A stretch of DNA of 63,966 nt, counting the filler. It is 6 parts of 6 records of this genome, joined end to end, with 100 filler letters (N's around TTAATTAATTAA, not from the genome) between each part and the next. Parts side by side here need not be neighbours in the genome. Positions count along the whole stretch, not along the records: positions 47,090 to 56,750 come from SRR2962707_1511; positions 56,851 to 63,966 come from SRR2962707_1523; 4 more parts are not named here. The stretch is one strand, 5' to 3'. How positions within the stretch are numbered: position 1 is the first letter of the stretch; each line of letters starts with the position of its first letter. The translations under genes were made by a program, and so were the position numbers. Of this stretch, positions 51,479-63,200 are shown piece by piece. The notes beneath the pieces are model-generated. The model was not told where the DNA came from. It worked only from the letters and a program-made list of their open reading frames with translations, and made no database searches.

Positions 51479-53857
51479 GTGAACGACGCAGCGATTATGC
51501 ATGCCGCATCCACACAGCCGGTCGACGTCAATTGGGTTGCGCAGATGGTGGCGCCACTCAGCGACCACGGTGTCGGCACGCCCGGCTCGTTCCTGCGCAA
51601 GTCCTTCACGCTGGACACCCGCGCCAATGGCAAGACCCTGCATATCAGCGCGTTGGGGCTCTATGTCTGCTTCATCAATGGCCAGCGGGTCGGCCACGAT
51701 ATTCTGACACCTGGCTGGACCAGCTATGAAACCCGCCTGAGCTTTCAGACCTATGATGTTTCGGACCTGCTGGTGGCCGGCGAAAACACCATGGAAATCT
51801 GGTTGGCTGACGGCTGGCTGCGCTCTCAGATGATGTGGGGCGGTCGTCCTATTTTCAATACATGGGGCGACCGTATCGCCGCCATTGCCCAATTGCTCGA
51901 TGGTGATGGCAGCGTAGTGCTGTCGACCGACGCTAGCTGGGAAAGCGGCGAACTGCCGGTGCGCAAATCCGGCATCTATTTTGGTGAAATCTACGACGCC
52001 AGCTTTGCGCAAACCGCTACCGCCGGCAGCGAGGCTATCGCCTTTGACACTGCGCGCCTGGTGGCCCACGAAACCACGCCCGTTCGTGAACTTGAGCCCC
52101 TGCAGCCGGCCAAGACCTGGCGCGATGACGAGGGTCGCATCCTTTACGACTTCGGCCAGAACTGCGGCGGGTATGTCGCCTTCACCGTTATCGGTGAAGC
52201 CGGCGCTCGCGTCATCGTTGAGCACGCCGAAATCCTCGACAAGGACGGGGTCTTCTACAATGGCAATCTGCGCACCGCTGAATGCCGCATCGAATATACG
52301 CTCAAGGGCAATGGCGCCGAAGACTACCGCCCGCTCTTTACGTTCCAGGGCTTTCGCTTCGCCCGCATCACCATTGAGGGCAAGGCCGAAGTCTCCAATG
52401 TGGTCTCGGTGCCGATCAGCTCGGTGACCGAAATCAAGGCAAGCTTCACCTCAGCCAACAAGCTGGTGGATCGTCTGTTTCTCAACACCATCTGGTCGCA
52501 ACGCTCCAACTTCATTGAAGTGCCTACGGACTGCCCGCAGCGCGATGAGCGACTGGGATGGACGGGCGACGCACAGGTCTTTGCGGGCACGGCCTGCTAT
52601 CTGGCCGACGCCCAGAGTTTCTTCCACAAATGGATCCGTGATGTCATGGCCGATCAGCGCGAAGACGGCGCTGTACCGCATGTGGTTCCCGACCCCACCA
52701 AGATGGATGACACGCATTATCCAGGCTTTTTCGGCAGCACGGGCTGGGGTGACGCTATCGCGGTCGTGCCGTGGCAGGTCTACTTGCACTATGGCGACAC
52801 AGCGATCCTCAACGAAGTGCTACCCGCCATGGTCAAATGGGTCGACTTCGTCTGGTCTATCAGCGACGGCCCGATTGTTCAGCCACCCCGCGCCTGGGGC
52901 GCCCGAGGCTTTTCATTTGGTGACTGGCTCCAGCCCAAGGGGCCCAGCGCCAAGCCGCTGCCCACCATAAGCGATGATGCCGCTGCCACGCTTTACCTGC
53001 ACATCACCGCAAAACTGGTCAGCCAGATTGCCGAAATTTCCGGTGACACCAAGACGGCCCAGCGTCTGGCCGACATGGCCGAACAAGTCAAAACCGCCTT
53101 TGCCCGGGAGTTCATTACCCCGTCAGGCCGCGTCGGTGGAGACGACCAGACTTCCTATGCGCTGGCCTTCCTGCACGATCTGATCCCCGCCGACAAACAC
53201 CCTGCCGCCAAGCGCTATTTCAAAAATGCCATCGCCCGCAGCGACGGACGCATCGGCACTGGCTTCATCGGCACGCCGGCCCTGTTACCGGCCCTGGTCA
53301 AAATTGGAGAGCTGGGCCTAGCCGCCGATGTCTTCCTGCAGGAGGATGTGCCCGGCTGGCTCTACCAGGTCAAAATGGGCGCCACCACGATCTGGGAACG
53401 CTGGGACGCCATCGAACCCGATGGCACCATCTACAATCCGCGCATGAACTCCTACAATCATTATGCCTATGGTGCTGTGTGCCAGTGGCTTCTGGAAGGT
53501 GTCGCCGGATTCCGGCCCGACGCGGCGGCGCCCGGCTTTGAATCCATCATCTTTGAACCCACCATCCTCGATGGCCTGTCGCCTGTGGCCGCCCATCACG
53601 ACAGCCCGCGCGGTCTGATCCGGGCTGGCTGGGCACTTGATGGCGACCATGTCCGCTATGAAGTCGAAGTGCCTCAGGGCAGCACAGGGCGTCTGCGCCT
53701 GTCCCCGGCCTATCGCAATGCCCAGCTTGATGGCGCCACCATCATGGCAGGTACCGAACCGACACTGAGCCCCGGCAAACACACCATCACCTTCGACTAT
53801 TCGGTGCCCGTGCGCCAAGCGCATGATCGCCCCAACGTCAATGTGCGCACCCCATAG
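51479..53857 (+). CDS. Alpha-L-rhamnosidase (GH78)
   Basis: LTPGWT.Y, YDFGQN, FTFQGFR, PTDCPQRDERLGWTGDA, FGDWL, GATTIWERWD, MNSYNHYAYG; no signal peptide. Confidence 0.93.
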   Translation: MNDAAIMHAASTQPVDVNWVAQMVAPLSDHGVGTPGSFLRKSFTLDTRANGKTLHISALGLYVCFINGQRVGHDILTPGWTSYETRLSFQTYDVSDLLVAGENTMEIWLADGWLRSQMMWGGRPIFNTWGDRIAAIAQLLDGDGSVVLSTDASWESGELPVRKSGIYFGEIYDASFAQTATAGSEAIAFDTARLVAHETTPVRELEPLQPAKTWRDDEGRILYDFGQNCGGYVAFTVIGEAGARVIVEHAEILDKDGVFYNGNLRTAECRIEYTLKGNGAEDYRPLFTFQGFRFARITIEGKAEVSNVVSVPISSVTEIKASFTSANKLVDRLFLNTIWSQRSNFIEVPTDCPQRDERLGWTGDAQVFAGTACYLADAQSFFHKWIRDVMADQREDGAVPHVVPDPTKMDDTHYPGFFGSTGWGDAIAVVPWQVYLHYGDTAILNEVLPAMVKWVDFVWSISDGPIVQPPRAWGARGFSFGDWLQPKGPSAKPLPTISDDAAATLYLHITAKLVSQIAEISGDTKTAQRLADMAEQVKTAFAREFITPSGRVGGDDQTSYALAFLHDLIPADKHPAAKRYFKNAIARSDGRIGTGFIGTPALLPALVKIGELGLAADVFLQEDVPGWLYQVKMGATTIWERWDAIEPDGTIYNPRMNSYNHYAYGAVCQWLLEGVAGFRPDAAAPGFESIIFEPTILDGLSPVAAHHDSPRGLIRAGWALDGDHVRYEVEVPQGSTGRLRLSPAYRNAQLDGATIMAGTEPTLSPGKHTITFDYSVPVRQAHDRPNVNVRTP

Positions 53858-53907
53858 GGGGCGCATAGCGAGCCGACCAAGCATGCAGTTCAATAGGGAG
53901 GAAACCA

Positions 53908-55191
53908 ATGACTGCCAATTTCACCAAGACGGCGCGTTTTGCCGTCGGCCTACTGGCCTTTACGGCACTATCTGCGCCATCATGGGCCCAGAGCGTCAAT
54001 CTGACTCTGCTGATCGACAACGGGCCCCAGACGGTTCCCGTGTTCGAGGCCTACGTTGCAGCCTTTGAAGTAGCAAACCCTGATATCAGCATCGACATCG
54101 AAACCCGCCCGGGCGGCGGTGAAGGTGACAACATCGTCAAGACACGGCTGGCTACAGGCGTGATGGCCGATGTGTTCACCTACAACTCGGGCTCACTATT
54201 CCAGGCAATCAACCCCCAGCAGAACCTGCTGCCCCTGACCAATGAGCCGTGGCAGGCCAATGTACAGGACAGCTTCAAGTCTGTCGTCTCTTCGGGCGGC
54301 GAGGTCTACGGCGCGCCCTATGCAACGGCCATGGGCGGCGGCATCCTGTACAATATTCCGATCTACAATGAACTCGACCTCGAAGTCCCCACCACGTGGG
54401 ACGAATTCATGGCAAATAACGAGAAGATCAAGGCTGCCGGCAAGGTTGCCGTGATCCAGACCTATGGCGACACCTGGACCAGCCAGCTGTTTGTGTTGGC
54501 GGACTATTACAACGTACAGGCAGCAGTTCCCGCCTTTGCCGAGGAATACACAGCCGGCACGGCCAAATATGCCACCACACCGGCAGCGATGAGCGGCTTT
54601 GAACGGCTCGAGGCTGTTTCTCAGGCTGGTTACATGAACGAGGACTTCGGCGCAGCCAAGTACAGTGACGGCATCCGCATGGTCGCCAATGGGGAAGGCG
54701 CGCACTATCCCATGCTGACCTTCGCCATCGGTGCGATAGCTGAGGGCAATCCTGAACACTTGGCCGATGTCGGCTTCTTTGCCCAGCCCGGTGACAGCTC
54801 CAATGGCCTGACCACCTGGATGCCGGATTCCCTGTACATTCCCCAAAGCACCAGCAATGAAGAAGCCGCCAAGAAATTCGCTGCTTTCGTCGCCAGCCCG
54901 GAAGCCTGTGCCATCCGCAACGACACTGTTGGGGCGACCGGGCCATACCTGATCAGCGGCTGCGATCTGCCAGCAGATGTGCCGCCAGCCGTGAGCGACA
55001 TGCTGCCATATTTCGCAGACGGCGGGAATAATGCGCCTGCGCTGGAGTTCCTCTCGCCTATCAAGGGGCCTGCCCTGGAACAGATCACGGTGGAAGTCGG
55101 GTCGGGCATCCGCTCGGCGGCAGACGGCGCCGCCCTGTATGATCAGGATGTGCGCAAGCAGGCCCAGCAACTCGGCCTCGAAGGCTGGTAA
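53908..55191 (+). CDS. Carbohydrate ABC transporter substrate-binding protein
   Basis: Signal peptide, FEVANPDISI, ILYN...L.VPTTWDEF; followed by two permeases. Confidence 0.92.
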   Translation: MTANFTKTARFAVGLLAFTALSAPSWAQSVNLTLLIDNGPQTVPVFEAYVAAFEVANPDISIDIETRPGGGEGDNIVKTRLATGVMADVFTYNSGSLFQAINPQQNLLPLTNEPWQANVQDSFKSVVSSGGEVYGAPYATAMGGGILYNIPIYNELDLEVPTTWDEFMANNEKIKAAGKVAVIQTYGDTWTSQLFVLADYYNVQAAVPAFAEEYTAGTAKYATTPAAMSGFERLEAVSQAGYMNEDFGAAKYSDGIRMVANGEGAHYPMLTFAIGAIAEGNPEHLADVGFFAQPGDSSNGLTTWMPDSLYIPQSTSNEEAAKKFAAFVASPEACAIRNDTVGATGPYLISGCDLPADVPPAVSDMLPYFADGGNNAPALEFLSPIKGPALEQITVEVGSGIRSAADGAALYDQDVRKQAQQLGLEGW

Positions 55192-55210
55192 GCAACTCCC
55201 ACAATGACAC

Positions 55211-55238
55211 GTTCCGGGCGGAGATTCCTGCCCGGAAC
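55211..55238 (+). terminator. Hairpin after the SBP gene
   Basis: GTTCCGGGC-N10-GCCCGGAAC. Confidence 0.5.
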
Positions 55239-55267
55239 CACTCTTTTGACGTCTGAGGACTATCGCG

Positions 55268-56152
55268 ATGGCCAACGTCACCAGCCCGGCACGCTCCCGC
55301 GCTACAACCTATCCGGGTTGGTTTTTCCTGCCCGCCGCCATCATCTATGGCGTGCTGTTTCTCGCGCCGACCTTCGCCTCGTTCTACTTCAGCCTGACCC
55401 GCTGGACCCTGTTCAATTCCACCTTTATCGGGCTGGACAATTTCGCGCAGTTTTTCCGCGAACCCTTCCTGATCAAAGGCCTGCTCAATACCGTCATTTA
55501 CGCCGTCATCAGTTCGGGGCTCAAGGTGATCCTGGGGCTGTTGCTGGCCGTGCTACTGACCAGCCAGATCGCTGCACGCGGCTATCTGCGTTCGGTGGTT
55601 TTCTTTCCCGTGCTGGTCTCCACGGTCGGCGTGGGCATCACCTTTACCGTGCTGATGCACCCCACACAGGGCATGATCAATGAAGGTCTGGCCGCGCTGG
55701 GCATCAAGGGCCCCGGCTGGCTGGTCGATCCCAATCTGGCGCTGATTTCGGTCGCGCTCGTTGATGTGTGGAAAGGCGTTGGCCTCGCCACCGTGATCTA
55801 TATCGCTGGCATTGTCGCCATTCCCAAGGACTATTACGAGGCCGCCCGCATTGATGGCTCGACCTCCTTCCAAAGCTTTTTGTACGTCACCCTGCCGCTC
55901 TGCCGCCCAGCTACGGTGACCGTGATCACCCTCAGCTTCATTGGCGGCCTGCGCACTTTCGACTTGATCTGGGCAATGACACGCGGCGGCCCCGGCTTCT
56001 CCTCGGACACCATAGCCTCGGTGATCTACAAGCAATACCAGGCCGGCTTTTATGGCCTGTCGACCGCCGGCAATGTGGTGCTCTTCGTGCTCATCGCCAT
56101 CCTTGTGGTGCCCCTGACCATGCTGCTCAACCGCAAGGAGGGCCACGAATGA
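55268..56152 (+). CDS. Carbohydrate ABC transporter permease
   Basis: FIGLDNF, EAA motif YYEAARIDG. Confidence 0.93.
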   Translation: MANVTSPARSRATTYPGWFFLPAAIIYGVLFLAPTFASFYFSLTRWTLFNSTFIGLDNFAQFFREPFLIKGLLNTVIYAVISSGLKVILGLLLAVLLTSQIAARGYLRSVVFFPVLVSTVGVGITFTVLMHPTQGMINEGLAALGIKGPGWLVDPNLALISVALVDVWKGVGLATVIYIAGIVAIPKDYYEAARIDGSTSFQSFLYVTLPLCRPATVTVITLSFIGGLRTFDLIWAMTRGGPGFSSDTIASVIYKQYQAGFYGLSTAGNVVLFVLIAILVVPLTMLLNRKEGHE

Positions 56153-56737
56153 GCATTCTACGCCGCTACTGGCTGACCATCGTTTCCATATTGGTTTCGG
56201 CCGTGGTCTTCCTGGTGCCCTTCGCCTTCATCCTGCTCACCGCACTCAAGGGCAAGCAACAGGCCAATCTGCTCGACTTTTCCTGGCCGCAGGGCATTTA
56301 TCTCTGGGAGAACATCGTCGAGGTGGTCACCACCCGCAACTGGATGCTGCTGACCGCCTTCGTCAATTCCACCATTCTGACTGTATCAAGCGTTACCCTG
56401 CTGGTGATCTTCGCCGCCATGGTTGGCTTCGTGCTGCAGCGCCGCAAGACCCGCTGGAATGGCATGATCGAATTCTTGATCCTGGCGGGGTTGATGATCC
56501 CACCGGCCATCGTTCCCACCATTGTGCTGCTGCAGGGTCTGGGGCTGTTTGCCAAACTACATGGCCTGATCCTGATCGAGATCGCCTACCACCTGCCGTT
56601 CTCCATCCTGCTCTATCGCGCCTTTATCGCGACCATTCCACGCGATCTCGATGAGGCCGCCATCATCGATGGCGCACGGCCGATGGATGTGTTTTTCCGC
56701 GTGATCATGCCACTGCTATGGCCAGTCACCGTGACAA
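56149..56737 (+). CDS. Carbohydrate ABC transporter permease, 3' truncated
   Basis: IPRDLDEAAIIDGA...FFRVIMPL; interrupted by the adapter and contig end. Confidence 0.92.
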
Positions 56738-56750
56738 AGATCGGAAGAGC
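56738..56750 (+). other. Illumina adapter remnant AGATCGGAAGAGC
   Basis: Exact 13-mer of the TruSeq adapter at the contig terminus. Confidence 0.95.
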
Positions 56751-56850
56751 NNNNNNNNNNNNNNNNNNNNNNNNNNNNNNNNNNNNNNNNNNNNTTAATT
56801 AATTAANNNNNNNNNNNNNNNNNNNNNNNNNNNNNNNNNNNNNNNNNNNN
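56751..56850. other. Artificial contig spacer
   Basis: N44-TTAATTAATTAA-N44. Confidence 0.98.
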
Positions 56851-56891
56851 GCAACAACAAGCAACAACAAGCAGCAACAACAAGCAGCAAC
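56851..56891 (+). repeat. CAA/CAG-rich microsatellite
   Basis: GCAACAACAAGCAACAACAAGCAGCAACAACAAGCAGCAAC. Confidence 0.85.
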
Positions 56892-56946
56892 GACGAGAAG
56901 CAAAAAGTTTGAAAATCTGCACTCATTCGGCACTCTTTTCTTGAGC

Positions 56947-59900
56947 ATGAGCGGCAGCGATACCTCCGCCCCCAATGGCACGGTGCGGGAGGAAAGTTTC
57001 CGCACAGGTGCTGAGCGCGGCGAACTTCAGGAAGCGGAAGCTGTTGCGATTATACTGACGCTTTATCGCAGGCACAGCAACAACCAGAAGTCGCAGCTAC
57101 CGTCGAAGCGCAAGGCCAAGCGCGTGCTCGAAGAGCAACTTCCGCACTTTCGTGTGAATGGGTCGACCCTCGGGAAACTCGTGGCGAAGGCTCAGAACCT
57201 ACTGGAAGGCGAGCGCTGCCTTGAGCGGCAGAATAAGCTGGCCGAGAAGAAGCGCTTGATTGAGTGCAGGCGACGAGTGGAATCTCAACTTGCACATGGA
57301 GCTGCCAGTGACTCGGAGGGTGGCTCTGCCCAGTGCCTGCGCGCAATTTCCTTGGCGGGCGATACTTCGTTGCGGTGTTGCGATGAGACGTCCGGGCAAA
57401 TGGTAACATCATCTGCTGTTCATGGAGGTAGTCCCACGAGTTCCACTCACGGCATTGCTTTCCTTCACTTTGATCCTGAGAAATACCCTGAGATCCTGCA
57501 GCGGCGCTCGAGCACGTTGATATCCCGTTTCCGCAATCTGCGCGTTGGTTTCCATAGCTCGTCTCACTCTGCCACATCTGAGGCTACTGGTCGATGTGTA
57601 ATGGACGAATCAACCGAGGTTCGGGGCTTGCTGAGTGATTGGCCGGAAAATCTTTACACTAGTTGCAAGAAAGACAATTTTGACCGACCAATGAAGCACT
57701 TTTATGCACTGACTGCAAGCTTTGTGCGATGGTAACGCCTGCAACGGTTTTGCTAGGTCAAAGTGTTTGCTTCCGAACCAACTCATTACCGTATGCGAGT
57801 TGGTCTTGGTGTATTTGACGACGATGAAGCGCAGTATCACCGCCACCTTCCTCCGCCGCTGCCAGCCCACGAAGTGTCAGCTGGCGCAGTTGTCGATGGT
57901 CTGCGGTACGTTTGAGCCTACCTTCACAGCAATCGGTGGAACTATCGCAAACGTGCTGCATAAGCACATTGAATGTGCATTGCCGTGTTCATTGTTGCTG
58001 CTGCGAAGGTATGTCTATTGGCAAGCACAAGACGAAGCTTGTTCAAACGACGACTGTCTGCAAGGTGAAGGCAACAATCCCACCAGAGCAGCTTCTAGCG
58101 CAGCGCCTGCTGTGAAAAAGACCGATGGCCGGTCGCGCAAAATGGTGAACGTCGGTCACTCGTTTCCAATAGCATCCAGGCTAATTTGCAGGCTGATGCC
58201 TGTTCTACTGCAGGGCATCGGGCGCGTCTTTGCCAAGACGCTTCGTGCCGGATTGCGGTGAGTTGCCGATGGTGCGGCCGCCATGTCATGCCGATGCAGT
58301 ACCGAAATCTTTTTCGTCCCCTGAACTGGCGGCGCTGTTGCCGGCGATTTTTCCCCGTTGGAATTGTGGATTTTTTTGGAATGCAGGTGTGTCAGGTTTT
58401 TGTCCACACTGTCTGGGGACTGTGTCATCGCGTTGGTATATCGCCAGCGCGGACTTCAAGGCTCATGGGCAACGGATGCTGCCAAGATGTTGGAGTGGCT
58501 TAACAGTGCCCTGAAGCAGAACACGGAGCTGCAACCTGCCTCTGCACCGTCAAAAACTAATCTTGGTTCAGTCGTGGGGGTTGTAGGCCACAGCAAAGGC
58601 GTGAAACATGTAGTTGGGCAAGACTACGTCATTGAGCGGGGCCTGTACCGCCCAGACGTTTCGAAGACGCAACTGCTGTACCGCCAGGTACGCTACGTGC
58701 TTACTAGCCCTGCGTGCTCTTTGTTGTTTCGACAAGCAACCAAGCAACTGCGAATTGGCCCGAGTTCTTGAAACACAACTTGTATTGGGGGGACTCCAGG
58801 CTGAGGCATCCTTCAGCAACCCAAATGCCAGTGTGTGTCAAGCAACAATCAATTGGCTCTATGCAACGATGCAGAAAGTCAAGCTTTTCGTGGCAACAAG
58901 TCTTCCGGAACACGAGCAGCAACCGTTTTCCCTCATGGAACTGTGAGTTTGAGCCGGATGTGCCGCCATTGTTTTGCGGTGTCAGTTGCCGAGAGTGTTT
59001 CTGCTCATTGCCGTGGTGATACTTCCGATCCTCGCAGGTACTGCGGAAATGCCAATCACTCAGTTGCTCTTGCTCCAATTTTTGATCGGATTTTTGGGGT
59101 TGAAATCAATGTGCGTCAGTAACAACACCCCCCACCCCACCCCACCCAAACAAAAAGCACGCAGCTGGGTTCCTCGTCTCAGTCTTCGATTTGAAATTTG
59201 GTTTCTTTGATCGCTCACTTGTAAAAATGTCGCACTTTGTTTGCACGAATGCAACCTGCACGCACAGCCTCGGCTGGTGGAAGCGGCTCGCGAAAATTTG
59301 CGCGTTAACAAAATTGACAATGTAGTGGTGCTCGAGGCAGACTGCCATGCTTTTTCAAAGTGCATGGAGCAACCGGACTCGCGAAACGGTAACCTTGGCG
59401 GAGGCTCCAACGCCAAAAATAAGACCCTGGCTGTGGAATGCACTGTTGGGCGTGCACTTGGAGCAAAACAGTCGTCGACGAAGCGAAAGCGTTGCAAGTA
59501 CGGCGTAGCGGAAACGGCTATGGATCACGTGCTACAAGATCACGTGCAGAAGCAACCTGCACAGGCATCAGTCAACAAAACACAACAGGGTCAAGCGTCC
59601 AAACCACAACCAGAGTGCATTGCCGCAACCATTGTCTTGGTGGATCCTCCCCGAGCAGGGCTGGACCCTCGGACTCGGGCATTTGTCCAACGGTTTCCTT
59701 TTGCTGTGTACGTGTGAGCCTTTCGTTGGGAGCGATCGTCAACAGCCATTGGAAAGCTGTTTTGGGGTCGGCAAGTCGGCTCACGGCTGCTGCCTCCGTG
59801 CCTGTGTGTTATGCCTTGACCTGACAGGTACATTAGCTGCAACCCCGAGTCGCTCCTGCGCGATCTTGGCGAACTCGGACAATCTCACCGTGTGGCAAGC

Positions 59901-59990
59901 TTTTGCTTTCTGGATCATTTCCCCTACACTGAGCACACGGAATGCGCCGTCCTGCTAGCAAGGCGCAATTTGGACTTTCAGCCGTCGTAG
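56947..59990 (+). CDS. trmA: tRNA (uracil-5-)-methyltransferase, bacterial TrmA-type, multi-exon eukaryotic gene
   Basis: Manual exon reading gives VFASEPTHYRMR, SFPIASRLI, FLSTLSG, QDYVIER, YRQ|AEASFSNPNA, MEL|YCGNANHSVALA, VDPPRAGLD, YISCNP...DHFPYTEHTECAVLL, collinear with E. coli-type TrmA. GT-AG introns. Confidence 0.85.
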
Positions 59991-60210
59991 AATGTATGTG
60001 ATTGGTTTGAGCGTCAGGCGTGGCAACAAAATGTCTGATTCGACTAGGTGAAGTGCTTCAAGCTTGGGTTTTTTAAAGTTATTTTATTCTCCCACAACGG
60101 CAGTTTCCGTCCTTTCATCAAAAGTTCCGAGGCACCACCAAGCGCGAGCAGTCAAGAAGTGTTGCTTTTACTCTGCTGCACGCAATCCAACCCTGTCGAG
60201 ACCAGCCATG

Positions 60211-63200
60211 TCACTGGTGCCCTTCCATATCAGGCGTGGGCGGTTGACTGTAAATGTGCGCTTGCAGCAAGCGCAATTGCCGCTCGATCGTGTTGACGAT
60301 CACCGAAAAAGACGGGCGATTCCATGCTTCGGCAGACCAGCAGTCTTTTGCCATGTGAAGCAGTTCTGAAGGTATGAGATTCAAGTCAACCTTTCCCAGG
60401 TTGGGTCGTTGCCCTGACTCTGCCAGCAGGCGAGCAGCCTTGCTTGGGGCGCAATTGAACACTGAAAGGTCAAATGGTTTGACTTTTCCAAACGTAAGAA
60501 GCTCGAACCTGCAATTGCGATGATATGGCAACATGCAAAAAAGAAAGCACGGGGTCATCAATGAGCCAACTTGCTGTGAAGCCATATGCGCACGGTCCCC
60601 AGCGACACTTGAAGAAAACGCACAAGATGATTCCAAAAGAGTAGACGTCGACGGCGTACTTCAGCGAGGCGTCTGGTCAAGCAAACAAAAATCAAGCATG
60701 TAAACCTGGCCGGCACTATCGAAGCAGTGCGCAGTTTGCGGTCGCCCACAGCAGGCCCACCCACCATCACTGCTGCCACCAAGGCCTAACTCGTCGCCGG
60801 CATTGAACAGCTCTGGCGCGATATATCCAGGAGTACCTTGAACTTGTGCCGTATTTGCAGCGTCATCCGTACCGTTGTCAATAAGTGCTTGGTCGTTCTG
60901 CGCTGTGTGGAGGGATGTCGCCAGGCCAAAATCACATATCTTGGCCTATGTTTTCAATCAGGTACATCCATACATTCATAGTCATACGCTTTGCAAAAGG
61001 AATCCTGGCCATCAAAACCCGCTTGAACAATGAAGGGTCTGGCAGAAATGCCCAAGCCTAGTAGTGCAGTGAAGGTTCTCTCTGCGAAGTCTCACAGAGA
61101 AAACCAATCGTACCATGCCTTTCATGCCAATAAGAACATTTGCCGGTTTTAAGTCACGATGCACAATTTGGCAGTCTTCATGAAGGTATCTGGGCACAAA
61201 ACCGTCACACAAACGAGCGTGTTTGGAAAGGGGAAACGAGACCCTTGCGGTGCATGAATCCACAGTGTGCCATTGACCCGATGACTGACGCACCTCATTC
61301 CAACGGCAATTTCGTGTGCTTTGTCAAGCACCTAACCGCCCACCCGACACACAACGAATAGTCGTCCGTGTCACGCATTTCAATAACGCGCAGCTATTGA
61401 GTGGTGGAGCGAGTTGACAAGGAAAACGACACAAAAGGATACACACGTGGATGCGCGTTTCTTTCGAGGGTTGGACAGCGTCAAGCCAAGCCCTGAGAGT
61501 TTTTGGACACCACTCCACAACGATCGCGATCGATCGGCGCTCTTTCTGGTAGCACAGCCCTTCAAAAACGTAAAATAAAAAACACACACACACACACACA
61601 AACCCCCACAGGTAACTGTTGTGAGCCATCCAATCTCACAGGCGAGCCGCGAGCGGCGTTCGCATTCGGTATGCCATCTCTCTTTTTCACAACAAACACT
61701 ACGAACCGAGGAACTGCACTATGTTTGGGTGTCGCGCCTTGTACAGCATGCTGATTTCCCGCGACAATTCGCCGACCTCCTCGAGTTTGAAAAGTTGCGA
61801 CAGCGACTCCTTGACCGCGACCCGCTCACCGCGGTACTCGGCTTCGTAAACAAGACCTGTCATTGAAGCGAGGAGGGCAAAAACAGACATTTGTGCATTG
61901 CAACCCAGTGTTGTCAGGGTCGCTGGGAAAATCAAAACAGCAAAGTTGGGTGCACTTCAAAGCAGCGCACCGCCACTGCCTGCGGCAATCTTGCGCAAGA
62001 CGCGCAACTGCTTGTAGTCCAGATCCCACGGCTGAGTAGGTCCCCGCATAGTACGCGATGCTTTGTTGTGCGATGATTTTGGTCCGCTGCTAGGGTAAGG
62101 GTGCGATCGCGCCACTGGATGCATGGTCCCGTACTCCTCGGCCGGAACGCCCCCAGACACTCCAGCGGCACTTTGTGACTTTGTTGAACCAGACCCTGGT
62201 GCCACGTGCCGGTGAAGGCTCAGCTTTTTGGGACGATGGTGGGCGCTTCCGGTGTTAGTTCTGCTCGTTCGCCCACTGTCGGTGCTGAAGCTGGGCCGCT
62301 GCGCGATTGACAGTTGTTTTTGACGAATCCAATCTTTAAGCGAGTCCGCGGAGAATGGGTTCGCGACATGCCCAAGGTCCACGTTCTCCAGGGCCAAGAC
62401 ATTCTCCAAGTGGTATCTGCGGTTCAACGACATCAGCAAGAAGGAAAGAGGGACCCCGTGGCGTGAGACAACTTTGGAACGCAGCGCATACCAGATTTCA
62501 GCTGCTCGGACGCGGTGAACCCTTTGCGACGATCAAAACAAACACACAGCTCAGGGTCACTCACGATTTCCGCATGTGCCACTCCCATGCCCAAAAGAGA
62601 AAGAGAAGCACAACGTAGCACATGATGATCCAAGCCATCATCACGGCGTATGCGGTCTGGCCGATGAGTCCAACGCATCCGGTGACGGGAAACACAATGA
62701 CATTGGTGAGGCCAAGGAGTAGGCAGACGACAAACAAGTGCTTGTAGACGGGACCGAAAAAAACGAGCCACATCGGGAGGAAAGCCAGCCCAGAATCGGC
62801 TTGACCCTTTTGGTAACCACCAGCAAATAACTCGATGCCCTACATGCATACACATCAGATAGTGGAGGGCCCTGTTGGCACAACCAGCGCATTCGTGATT
62901 GCCGACAACACCACACAAACCTGTGTCAAGTTGATGACTTTTTCGACATGGCCCGGAGTGAAATTGGCAACAACATCGCACAAGCGATCATCAACGCCAT
63001 ACTGGGCGAGGTAGGCAGAGCTGAGGCGGCAAGTGGCAAAGACGACCATGAGGAAGATAGACACGCCCTGAGGTCGAAGAGCAACCCAAACAAACCACAA
63101 GTGCACAGTGATGGAGGACTGATTGCTTTGACTTGCAGACAACAGGTGCATGCTCGACATTTTACGCGAGATCCTAGCATGGCAGCACGAACCGGCCATC

